Shown here: positions 13,267 to 24,843 of the stretch, piece after piece
How positions within the stretch are numbered: position 1 is the first letter of the stretch
Layout: every line of letters begins with the position of its first letter
DNA from: Moniliella sp. 'wahieum'
Lineage: Eukaryota
DNA: 64,000 nt
Assembly: GCA_003971905.1 (NCBI GenBank)
Contig: RSEE01000036.1
Coordinates: 310,001-374,000 of the forward strand
Direction: 5' to 3'
Notes under the pieces: generated by a model
What the model saw: only the letters and a program-made list of their open reading frames with translations
What the model was told of the DNA's origin: nothing
The model's database searches: none
Translations under genes and position numbers: made by a program

Positions 13267-14227
13267 ATGGCCGACTTTGTCAAGCTCTCGCTCTTTGGCA
13301 CCGTTCGAGGTCACCAGCCGCTACCACCAGCTGGAGCCTGTCGGCATGGGCGCGTTTGGCCTCGTGTGCTCCGCCAAGGACCAACTCACCGATGCCAATG
13401 TCGCCATCAAGAAAATCATGAAGCCGTTCAGCACGCCTGTGCTGGCCAAGCGTACCTACCGTGAGCTCAAGCCTCAAGCACATCCGCCACGAGAACATCA
13501 TCTCCCTCTCCGACATCTTCATCTCGCCCCTCGAGGACCTGTACTTTGTCACCGAGCTTCTTGGCACCGACCTGCACCGCCTCCTCACCTCGCGCCCGCT
13601 CGAGACGCAGTTTATCCAGTACTTCCTCTACCAGATCCTGCGTGGCCTCAAGTACGTCCACTCGGCCGGCGTCGTGCACCGCGATCTCAAGCCGAGCAAC
13701 ATCCTGGTCAACGAGAACTGCGACCTGAAGATTTGCGACTTTGGCTTGGCGCGCATCCAGGACCCACAAATGACCGGCTACGTCTCGACGCGTTACATCG
13801 TGCGCCGGAGATTATGCTCACGTGGCAAAAGTACGATGTGGCAGTCGACATTTGGTCGGCCGGGTGCATCTTTGCGAGATGTTGGGGGGAAACCGCTGTT
13901 CCCGGGCAAGGACCATGTCAACCAGTTCTCCATCATCACTGAGCTGTTGGGTACACCTCCGGACGAGGTGATCCAAACGATCTGCTCGGAAAACACGTTG
14001 CGCTTCGTGCAGAGCTTGCCCAAGCGGGAGCGGGTGCCATTTAGCCAACGCTTCCCTACCGCCGACCCGCTCGCGTTGGACTTGTTGGAACGCATGTTGG
14101 TCTTTGACCCACGAACCCGCATCTCCGCCGCGAAGCTCTTGCCCACCCTTACCTTGCGCCCTACCACGATCCTACTGACGAGCCCGAGGCCGACGAGCCG
14201 TTTGATTGGTCGTTTAATGATGCCGAC

Positions 14228-14259
<32 letters not shown>

Positions 14260-14356
14260 CTCGGAGATCCTCGACTTTCACAACATTGACAATGTTGGCC
14301 AAGACGAGGGGCCAGTGCCGCCAATGCAGTCGGAGGTGGAAGAAACGACGGCCTAA
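13267..14356 (+). CDS. HOG1: Hog1/Sty1 stress-activated MAP kinase (intronless; several indel errors)
   Basis: [71 protein letters not shown] (TGY motif), C-terminal [29 protein letters not shown] at 14354-14356. Confidence 0.98.
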
Positions 14357-15443
14357 TGCGGCTTGTGGCACCTGGTATGGAACGGAGCCTGGATCCAGGG
14401 GTGTTCCGATGACGTTAGTCCATTCTTCCTATTCCTATGGGTTGGCCTGCCTTTTCCCCTCGGCTTCTGCGTCTGTATATGCGAACGCCTCCTCGGCCCG
14501 TTCCCTTTCTTCTTCGCCGCCCTCTTCCACGCATCCGTTCTCCTCTTTGATGTCAACTCAATAGGGCAGCCAACTTACTTGGGTGGATGCGGTGACGAAC
14601 GGGCTGGATGTCTATCGAACTATGTGCATTGATTGAAGCTGCAGCTAGTCTTAAGTTGACATGGAAGAATGGCCAGGGAAGGAAGCTACCGCTGCTGGCT
14701 GACGTGGAATGTGACCCCAGCCCAACCTTTCTTCCAACAGCGTTTAATGTTTAACGTTCAGTTCACCGTTCATATGCAGGCACTATGGGCTGGGTCTCGC
14801 GATCAGCGCGGTGCTAGAGTACTAGCTACTAGTTATCCCAGACATTGGGAAATGGAAAGACGGAACGAACAAGACTATGCCAGGCTGTCCGCAAGTGGGA
14901 ACAGGTGGCGTAGGGGGGAAGGCGGCTAGCCAACCCGAACTGACGGAAACTTAAAGAGGGACAGAGCTTTCTGTGAGAGGGCCAGAAAGGTAGGGAGGAT
15001 GCAGGCCCGAGTCAGACGCAGGACAATGAGAGCGGGGCAAAACCGATCAATAAGGAGAGATGTGCAGGGTTATGGTGCAAGGACATTCAACAACCCAGGG
15101 CGAGGGAGCACATAGCGGGCCCAGGGTTGGGGTTACAGTGAATGTTAGGGCCCAATAAGAAAGGCCGCACAAAGCGAGTTGGCCGAAGCAAGACCAAGTA
15201 CGGGACGAGCAGATGGAATAATTGAGGAGAGATGTGCCCCGACAAAATGGTTGATAGGTAGAACCAGTTGGAAAGAAAAGGGTAGAGTCATGCCAACAGT
15301 CGAGTTGAAGGATCAGCGATTCGAGGGTGGTGTACCTGGAGCTGGAAGGGTCGTGAGGAGAGAGGATATCGTTGAAGAGGTGAAAGAAGACAACAAAAAA
15401 GGAGTGAAGAAAAGAGTTCGGGGTAGAAAGCGCACGGCTCATC

Positions 15444-18400
15444 TTAAGCCATGATTCCCACCACCTCAGACGGACTGCAACGCTCAAGCAAAGTGGTGTA
15501 GCAAAACTTGTAAGCCCATACGTTGCCTCGCATCCGACGAATGTCGATCGAATACAGCCCGGCAAGTTCTTGAGCCGGGTAATCTCGACGCTAAACCGAA
15601 CTTCTTGGCCATTATCCACTGCGTTCGCCATACAAGGTTGCCACCCCTCCTGCTCCGGCCCCTTCGGCGGGAGTGGACACCCCCGGTGAACTGGCAGGGT
15701 TGGAGGAGGTTGAAGACACCGCCGAAGCGAGGCTCGTTCCCCCCTCGCCCACAGGGTGCTGGGAAGGTAACGGCAGCAACGATCCACGCAGACGGAAGCC
15801 ACGGAAGCCTGACGAATGACCAGGGGCGAAGTGGAGCCAGGCACGCGATCCGAGGTTAAGTGTGGCGATGGGTTGCGCGAGGTACGGTCCAAGGCAGCCT
15901 GGGTGGAAGGAAAGACCGAAGCACGCAAGCTGGCTCCCAACGATCCAAGACCCGCACGACCCCCGCGCTTGGGACGCACACACTCCAACTTGAATGCTTC
16001 CTGGCTGGCCAAGCCAAATTCGATTCCCAAGCCAGCCAGCGCTTGCCGCACGCGGTCCAACATCTCGGGAGGATTGACAGACGTCAAAGCACGCTGGTCC
16101 ACTGCCCCTTGGTGGTAGCGCAAAACAGTATCAGAGAAAGATTTCTGCGTCGCTTCAGCAACTGCGACAACCGCCCCGGAAGGATGTCCCTGGGTCGCAG
16201 CGCCATTCGGTGACGCCTCACTCGGTACCGTCGAGCCCATATCACGGCTAGCATTGTCAACCCCACTCCCACACCGACCGATGGACCCTGTGGCGTGTCA
16301 GAGGCTTGTTTTGTAGGCGCATGCGTAGGCGCAGCGACAGAGGCTCTCCCCCCGTAACCGTCTTAGCACCATTGACAGCTTGTTGGCGGGCATGTTGGGG
16401 GAGTGGAGCAGCGAATGAGTCGGTAGACTGGATCAAGTCAGACTGTTGGCGGCTGCGTCCACGGAACCAGTCCATGACGCGCTTAGCCGCTCGAGTCGAA
16501 CCTTTGACGCTAGGCTCATATGCGGTGGTGGGCGGGGTACTCACCGTACCGGACAACAGGGGGCTAGTACAGACGCACTGGGAGGAGCAAGAGTGGAGGC
16601 AACAGGATCTTGATCCGATGCAGGAGGGTTGGTCGGGTGGAGAATGTTTCGAAGGCTGCCGACTTTGTTCACCCTGATCGGTTGCTTAACTTCCTCGGGT
16701 TTAGCCACCGAGACTGGGGGTACGGGGACCCCAACCTGGGGCGTCGTAAGTTGGGATGCTGATTTGCGGTCTTTTTCGGACCGAAGGGAAGGGATCAAGG
16801 AGATCGTCTTTCGCGTGTCCCCGATGGTTCTTATTCTCCATCCAGCAGACGGGCGGTATAACCGCGCCGCCGAGTACGCATGGGGGTGGATGGGTCGAAG
16901 ACTGGGTGCCCGCCGATTCTCCACCACAGGTTGAGGCGATGCAGAGCGATAGGGCATGAGCCGGGATAGGAACGTATCTCTCCGGGCTGAACGGAAGCAG
17001 AGATGGTCGGCTGCGGTCATGGGTTGGATCTCTCTCCAGGGACGCAGTGAGCGAAGCCGATCTTGCTCGGGTATCCAGACTAGCCGGGATAGAAAACGTT
17101 TTCTTGTTGGGAATTGCTAACGTGGAGTTAGGTGCAGAGACCACCACGGGAGCCCCGCCAGTTCGGCTCAAGTCAGGAGAGGAAGAGGCCGGGACGGAAA
17201 CAGATGTCGCCGATATATCCGAAGGGTGTGTCTGTTGGGGTAACGCTTCCTGCGGAAGGTCTGGCCTCTCTGATGTGGAGGACGTGTTGACCGCAGGAAT
17301 ATCATGGACGTCGGTGACTGGGTCCTTGGAGGTAAAGCTGGGTGTTCCCGAGCTTCCATCTGTGCCTTTGGCTCGGTTGATTCGCTCTCAGAGACAATAG
17401 CTGGCTTGGGTGTCGAATCAGTATTGTCACCCAATTCCTCCATTTTGACATCCTCTTGAGTGGATGCGGGCACATCATTCGTCGCAGGATTCGGTTGCGT
17501 TGAGGGGGCCTCCTCCGTACCCTTTATATCGTGGAATCAGCAGGATTGCTCACGCTCGCACGCCACTCCAGTTGCGTCCATTGTGTGCAAGGGAGGAGTG
17601 GCATCCACTTCCATACGCTCCGACTTGGTAGAAGATCCTGTTGAATTGCTTCAGGAGCCAACGGGACGGAGGAAGGCTTGTGGGCATCCTAGGGGCGCAC
17701 TATACTCCACCTGAGGGTGTGCCGGTTGATCTGGGCTGAAGAGCGTGCTTCAGAGTCCTCGGTGTTCTCGAATCGCTCCTGCAACAAGGTAGGAGCGGTA
17801 GGCATGGCAGTTTTACGGTATGTAGGCTGGGTGGCAGATCCGGATGTTTGAGGAATTTCGGCAATCGTCTCGCTGCGCACGGGTACACCGTGGCCGTTTG
17901 GGACAAGCAAGGACGCTGGTGTAGGTTGCTCCTGGAGTTGTTGTTGTAGCTCCATCTGTTTGCGGTACATTTGACGCTTTCTTGCCTGTTGCTCGACAGC
18001 GGCATGCTCCAAATCCTCTAGGCTAAACGAAAACAGCGGGCGGTAATCGATCAGCCAAGGATGTGGCCATCACTTCCTTCATGGATGCGCGATGGACAGG
18101 ATCTGGCACAAGCATCCTTTTCAAGAGTTCCCGTGGTAGCTGGGTAATGTAATCCGGAAACGTGAGAGGCGTGGCAAGGATGTAGTGATAGAGCTGGTTG
18201 ATATTGTCCGAGTCTGGGTTGTCTGGGTCGTCATCAAAGGGAAGATAGCCAGCCAGCATGGCGTACAAGATCACTCCGCAAGACCAGATGTCGACCGCGG
18301 AGCCGTTGTAGAGTCCATCTTGGACGACCAGTTCCGGCGCGGCATAGCACGGAGATCCACATGAAGTAGCCATAAATCATCGGAGCGGTCACTAAAATTG

Positions 18401-19448
18401 TTGGCAAACCCAAAGTCGGTGATAATCACGTTGCGGTTTCGGTCCAACAACAGGTTCTCCAGCTTAAGATCGCGATGGACGATATGCTTTTGATGCATGT
18501 AATTGACACCACTGATAAGTTGAGCAAAAAGTCGGGCTGCATCCTTCTCGCGGAGGTATTTGTGTGCAAGGATGTGATCGAACAGCTCGCCACCTGAGAA
18601 GATGCAAAGAAGATGTATTAGTCACAGGGCATATGCGCAGGCACTCCAAGAAGAAAAACAACGACCTACCCGACGCATACTCTAGCACAATACCAATGTA
18701 TCGATCCGATTTGACCACCTCGTATAAGCGCACAATGTTGGGGTGGCGCACCGAGCGAAGCACCTGAATCTCCCGGTCAATCTTGGACATGCGCTGCGAC
18801 TCACGTTCCTCGGAGGAGCGTGGGCAGCCGACGTGTGAGGTACACGGTCGCGCCGGATGAGCTTTACGGCCACCTCCTCACCATATACCTGATGGACACC
18901 GAGCTTGACCTTACCAAACTCGCCCTCGCCCAGGGTCTGAAGGAGGAGGTAGTCGCCAAAGTGGACCTGGGGGCGGTGGGGCGCAGCAGCAAAATACCGC
19001 ATGGCAGCCGGGCTGGTGATGGGGATGCCAAGGCGGATGAGTTCGGACGCAGTGTTGAAGTCGATGCCTTCAGCAGACAGGGCAGCGAGAGCATGGCTGG
19101 TAGCAGCGGTGGTGGAGCCGGGGGAGGGGCAGGGGCATGGGCGGAGGAGCACTTGGGGGAGCCGAGGGTGGCGCGCTCGCCCCAGCGTCGAATGTGTCCA
19201 CGGCAGCGGCAGCCATGGCGGGTGGGCGGAGGGGCGGCAAGGCAGTGGTGGGGGGGGGAGACGGCAGCAGCGGCGGTCACGGGGGGATGCGGGGCCAGGA
19301 GCAGAGCAGGAGCAGAGCAGCAGGACCGGCGGGCGTAGCAGAGGAGGCGCTGAAGCGGAAGATTCCCTGTGGTGTCTGCAGCGGCCAAAGTGGGAGCAAG
19401 CGGCCACACTGGCCCCGTGCTTGGTAGCAGCGGCTGCGCCCCGCGCAT
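15444..19448 (-). CDS. Kin4/Frk1-like CAMKL Ser/Thr kinase with C-terminal KA1-like domain
   Basis: [72 protein letters not shown]-terminal [29 protein letters not shown]. Intron 18594-18669. Start uncertain. Confidence 0.9.
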
Positions 19449-19872
19449 ACGTAAATGATTAATGATTAATGACGTTAATGACGGCAGGTGGGGCTACGGG
19501 CCAGGGCGCACAGGGGCAGTGTGCCATGCGCCCCCTGCGTGATTGCGATTCCGCCACAAGGACAGCCCACTCTGCTTTTCGCAGCTCCACGCCCCAGACG
19601 ACCGCAGCGCCAGCTCCCAGTGCCCAGCCCCCAGCCTCTGGGGTCTCCCAACTCTCACATCTCAGAGACGGCAGCCGCCAACCCGCCCCTTTCCAGGCGG
19701 TATCCATTCCCTTTTTTACTGCCCCACAATCAAACCACCTCATACAGCAGCAGCCAATGGGGTCTGGCGTTACGCGTTGCGCGTTATTATTACCGCGTTT
19801 TAATAGCGTAAACGTTGAACGTTGAACGTATCCTCACCGATGGAGGTACACTCAAGGGATTGTCGAATAAGT

Positions 19873-20152
19873 TGTTGAGAGGTATCGTGAGTGACGCCGG
19901 TGATGGCTCGTGTGTTTTAATAGCCAAGGTCCCTTCAGTCCTTCCTCAGGCCTAGCAATCCTGTTGTTTTCTCTCGCTTTTGTTTTTTTGTTCCCCCCCT
20001 ATAGCCCCCAGCGGCGACTGGCTGCTTGATATTCCTCTGTGATCTGTAGGCGTTTCTGGGTGGCTTAGACCACCACCACTATATAGTGCGATTGCATCAC
20101 CGTCTCAAAGGGCCATCATGCATCACGACTCCAGATCTCATCTCGATCATCA
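19873..20152 (+). mobile_element. Solo LTR copy A (old, diverged)
   Basis: TGTTGAG..ATCATCA ends; flanks TAAGT/GAAGT (4/5 TSD match); aligns to copies B and C along its length. Strand is relative only. Confidence 0.7.
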
Positions 20153-20612
20153 GAAGTGTCTTCCTTCGTGCCGTAGTGTGCCCCGGCGCGCCATAGCATA
20201 CGCCTGTCCAGACGCTGTTAATTGAGTTACAGGTGGATGATGCGATCGGCCTAAGATGATGCGTTTAGCAGCTCAGCCTGGCTCAGCTCAGCCTCAGTCT
20301 TGAGAGCCCCTGAGGGGCCTGAGGCCTGAGCGCGCGCACATCAAAGTGACGACGTAGTCATTAATCATTGTGGGATTCATGCACACACGTGTCATGATCT
20401 GGATCGATCCCCTGTGTTTTTAATTTCATCAACAAAACATCATGTGTTCATCTTCTTTCTTCTTCTCGACCATCGCCAGCAGGACCCCTATATACCGAAG
20501 ACTCCGTGGCCAGACGATGCCTCTCCCGACCGCTCATAGCCCTCATATTTCAGGATTTCCGCTCTGGCATCCTCTTTCTAGGCCCATTGTGGCACCAATA
20601 TGTATATTTCTT

Positions 20613-20846
20613 TGTTGAGCCATCGGGTGGATCGTGCTTTGGCCAATGCCCCTTCAGTTCCTCCTCATGCCTGGGAGTTCTGTTTTCTCTCTGTTTTTCC
20701 TTGTTCAGCAGCTTATAGCCCCTGGTGGCGACTCGCTGCTTGATGCATGATGTTCCTCTGTAGGCGTTGCTGGTTGGCTTAGACCACCACCACCACCAGT
20801 GCAATCGCATCACCCTCGAGGACCATCTGGACTCCAGGTCTCATCA
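20613..20846 (+). mobile_element. Solo LTR copy B (234 bp)
   Basis: TG..CA ends (TGTTGAG..CTCATCA, imperfect terminal inverted repeat); perfect 5-bp TSD TTCTT at 20608-20612 and 20847-20851. Confidence 0.85.
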
Positions 20847-21607
20847 TTCTTTGCTGTCCCTCTTCACGTTTCATGCATGTCCATCAGCTCCCGCGTCCAA
20901 AGACGTCAAAGTTGGACGTGTTCATCGTTCAACACGTTCAACCAACATTCAGCGCCAGCGCGTTTCGAGTTCAGTACTCGGTGCATGTTTTGACGTTAAT
21001 TGGCGAGCCGTCGGCGCCTGAACGTTGAACGTCCTGAGAGCGTCTGTCTGTACCTGAGGCAGGCTCAGAAGGACTCAGATCGTTCGGAGAGATCCGAGAT
21101 CTAACCGGTGACCACGATGGTCTTTGATTAAGTTCTTTGATTAAGTTGATCGGTGACCGGTGACCACACAAGTCACCCGATCCCGTATGTAAGCCGAAAC
21201 ACGTGCCGGCACAGACATGGCTTTTCGGTCACCGGTCCCAGTCACGCGTCACATGTCACATGTCATGCATGTCACATGTCAAGTGGCGAGCTTCAAGCTG
21301 CCAAACAGTTGTAGTAGTAAAGCTACTCAGTACTCACACGTCAAGCTCAAGCGTCAAGCTGCATGCTTCTAGAGCTTTTAAAGCATTACAAAGGCCCATT
21401 CGGTCTCGTGTGTTCATCGACATCGTCCATCTCAGATCTCATCCATCCCATCGATATCAATCTCAGATCTCACTCGCATCACGCATCATGCGTCATGCGC
21501 GTCATACATCAAACGTTATGCAATGTGTGTTGGGCCATCGATTCGATCAGAAGAGAATCCCTCTTCCCCTCCACCATGGCGTAATAGCCTTGCACATTCT
21601 CGATTCT

Positions 21608-21626
21608 TGACATGTGACATGTGACA
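21608..21626. repeat. 5+2 heptamer array TGACA-TG-TGACA-TG-TGACA
   Basis: Read directly from sequence. Confidence 0.95.
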
Positions 21627-21652
21627 GCAGATTCAGGTCTCAGATGCCGATG

Positions 21653-21884
21653 TGATGAGACCTGGAGTCCAGATGGTCTCGAGGGTGATGCAATCGCACC
21701 AGTGGTGGTGGTGGTGGTCTAAACCAACCAGCAACGCCTACTGAGGAACATCAAGCAGCGAGTCGCCACCAGGGGCTAAGCTGCGGAACAAGGAAAAACA
21801 GGAGAGAGAAAAAACAACGGAACTCCTAGGCCTGAGGAGGAACTGAAGGGACATTGGCCAAAGCACGAGCCACCTGGCTCAACA
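21653..21884 (-). mobile_element. Solo LTR copy C (232 bp), inverted relative to A and B
   Basis: Plus strand reads TGATGAG..CTCAACA; perfect 5-bp TSD CGATG at 21648-21652 and 21885-21889; its reverse complement aligns closely with copy B. Confidence 0.85.
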
Positions 21885-22024
21885 CGATGCACATGAGGCC
21901 GGCGTTAAGGGCCTGAAGCCCATGGCTAAGGTCAAAAACTGAGCACTGTTGAAACCGTCGAAGACGCATCACCCGATGCTCTGTGGCTGTTCACAAAGAT
22001 GAATATATCCGAGAAAAAGAGAAA

Positions 22025-22043
22025 TGACGCGTGACGCGTGACG
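22025..22043. repeat. 5+2 heptamer array TGACG-CG-TGACG-CG-TGACG
   Basis: Read directly from sequence. Confidence 0.95.
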
Positions 22044-23057
22044 CAAGACAATGATCGAATGATCCGAGATGACCACAGAGAAGGGTCAAAAAGCCATCGT
22101 GAGCTCTGTTCATGACCTAAGCAAAAATATTGATTTTTTATACCCGCCCGTGTTGCCTTCGACGAGAAACATTTTGTTTTGCTCTCCTATACGGGTACCC
22201 AATACCCTTTGTCTATTATATGGGTAAATGTAGGTCTGGCGAGAGATAGGATGTGTGTGTTTCTCGTCAAACTCTTTCAAAGGGAGCGAAGCTGCCCTCC
22301 GAAAGGCATCTCAGCGTGATCGTCATCTTGAAAATTAGATCCATTTTGTGACAGTTGAGGCTCAGAAAGTGGAGAGAAAACGAGTCGAGTCAAGGACGGG
22401 AAGCGGTACAACCGCTCCTCTATATATGGTGAGGAGTCGGGCGGAAGCAGAGAGGACATGGAGCCAAGCAGAGTATGTCAAGAAAATTGCGAGGTGGGGG
22501 CGAGGCAGAGAATCGAAATGGAAGTGGGATCAGTGCCGCTCAGCCACGCGCATCTCTCCTATCTCCTATGATGGTCGAGGACCGGTAACCGTCCCCAGGC
22601 AAGCTTTCAACACAAAATGCGGGAGAGGAAAGTATACTGTAGTACTAGACGCGGGGTTGTAAATGATTCCGTAGAAAAGGATAGCTCTTTTCCTTGAGAG
22701 AGGACGAGAAACACGATCGCTAACGCTTATAAGGGATGCATCAACGACGGACACAGAACAGAATAGGCGATGAAAGAGAACAGGGGCGGGGTGGGCAGTA
22801 TAGGAAAAGATACAGCGTGATGGTGGAATAGACAAAGATACAAATCTGGGGGAAGGAGCCATCACGTCTGGAACCTCGCCGATGACCGTCAGTTATACTA
22901 TGGCGGAGGGACAAGAGACTCGAGGACAAAGTATGTAGAAATAATGTGCAACGCGGGCAGTCATGTATGGCCACTGATAAAAGGGCCAGGGATCATGGGG
23001 GAGGGCGACTGAGACCTGAGGGCCAGTGAGAATAGTGGAGACGATTGCCCGCAACCG

Positions 23058-24485
23058 TCAGGAGCAAAAAGGGAGGGCCTCCTCAGAGTCAAAGGGCTGC
23101 GTCCGGTCCCCTCCTTCGTAATCAATATCCGACCAATACACTGGCTCGCCCGCTAAGATGATGCGTGCGCCATGATGGAATTGCTTGAGTAGCCAGATGT
23201 AGTGGTGGCGCAGAACTCGGTTGACCATCCAGAGTCGTTGCTGCAGAGAGTCTGAAGTGATTTCCGGCTGAATCTGCCAGCATGGTGCTGGAAGGGAAAT
23301 GAATCCGTCCTCAGACGGTTCCACGCTGGCTCCTTCGGAGCACAACGATGAAGCAGGTAAGGATTGGAGCTTCGAAGTCAGGTCCGCTTGTTCTTGCAGT
23401 AACATTTTGAGGCGGACTGGCACTTCCATCGCATTTACACCTCGGTCGCCGGGCACATAGCGTCTTGGGTGGATGCGAATTTCCGAGGAATGGAAAACGA
23501 TTCGGTGTCTGTAATGATGCGCAAGATGAGTGTGAGAAGACGGGGGAGAGGGAGGAAGAAGAAGTCGCGTACCCATTCGTACCCTGAGTGTGCTTGGCAA
23601 TGTTGTTATTGCATTTGGGACAAGGCAAGATGACGTTGTACCCTACCACCATTCCCGCAGCCATTGCATCCGAGCGTTTGGGTGAGGCAACGACACGACC
23701 GCTCCTGAGGCACTCCGCAATGCAACGTGGATTGACCTAGTGGGTTCGGGGGCATAAACCGCACTGCAATTGTTGGGTATTGCGTCCGTACTGTAAAGTG
23801 TAACATGGGGTTTGAGCAACAGCACTGCCTTCATTCCTCGGTCAGTGAAAAAACTGTCACACTGGATGCAGCGAACAATGTAGACGTTTTGACGCTGATT
23901 GGCCTTGTCCTGTCGACTCAGCAGGCGTCGGTGTGGGTAGGGTGGGAAAGGAAAGGAGTCAGCAAGTTGAAACATGGAGGATTCAGGGTGCATCGAGGCG
24001 GGAGCATGGTCGGAGGCCGATAATGTGGACAGACTTGATGGGGTAGGCGAGTAGACGGGTGCGGACAGGGGAGGCAAAGACTGAGTGTGGTCGAAGTTGC
24101 CAGGGTGGAGCCGAGTGGAGACGGCGTGAGCCGAGGGGGTCCATGGGGGCTGCTCTGAGGCGGAAGCATCAGATACGTTTGACCTTGTTAGGAGTGCGGG
24201 CGGGTGGATGAGGGGAACCTCGACATGGGTGGGCGCCTCCTCGCACCCAGGGCCAAGGGGCGTAGGGGGCACAGCGGATGAGAAAGGCATGGGTGCTTGT
24301 GGGTGCTGGGAGGAGGTGGGGGTGGTGGAGAAGGATGAGAGCACTCGGTTTTGTGGTGGGCAGGTGCAGGGTAAGGAATCAGAGAATGGTCGTCTTTTAA
24401 AGCAAAGCCGAGAGTTTGCTGCTTTCACCTCGATCGCAGTGGCCTTATCAATCTCAGATCTCACCTCGCGCGGCATGGCAGCCAT
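23058..24485 (-). CDS. FAM72-family protein
   Basis: VYIVRCIQCDSFFTDRGMKAVLLLKPHVTLYSTDAIP (FAM72 hallmark RGMKAVLL..STD), CRCLTQTLGCNGCGN..VGYNVILPCPKC and NGHRIVFHSSEI after removing intron 23509-23572. Start and stop approximate. Confidence 0.85.
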
Positions 24486-24817
24486 GGGTATTCTGCATCG
24501 ACGATGATCGATCGGGGGTCAAGCTGTCAAGCTCAAGCTTCAAGCTCCAATAGGACATCAGCGCGTTAAGCCTCAGTACTCAGTAGCGTTCACAGCCCAA
24601 GCATCCCGCCCGCGCCTCGGCCAAGACGACGGGCTTGTTCAGCGCTCAGCCTACGAACAACATCAACAGTATCCGCCGCATCTCCACCTCGCCCCTGAAC
24701 AAATCGAGCAGCAGTACCCACATGCCCAACGGCTGCGTCATGCCGTGACGCGTGACGTTGGGGGGTGCAGGCAGGTGCAGGCTGGGGCAGGGCCTGTCGC
24801 AGACGCACATGGCCGTG

Positions 24818-24843
24818 TCACATGTCACATGTCACATGTCATA
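24818..24843. repeat. 5+2 heptamer array (TCACA-TG)x3-TCATA
   Basis: Read directly from sequence. Confidence 0.95.

Noticed and set aside
20613..21884. Copies B and C as the terminal inverted repeats of one 1.27-kb MITE or foldback element
   Set aside because: Each copy has its own distinct perfect 5-bp TSD and TG..CA ends, and the outer flanks (TTCTT versus CGATG) do not match each other.
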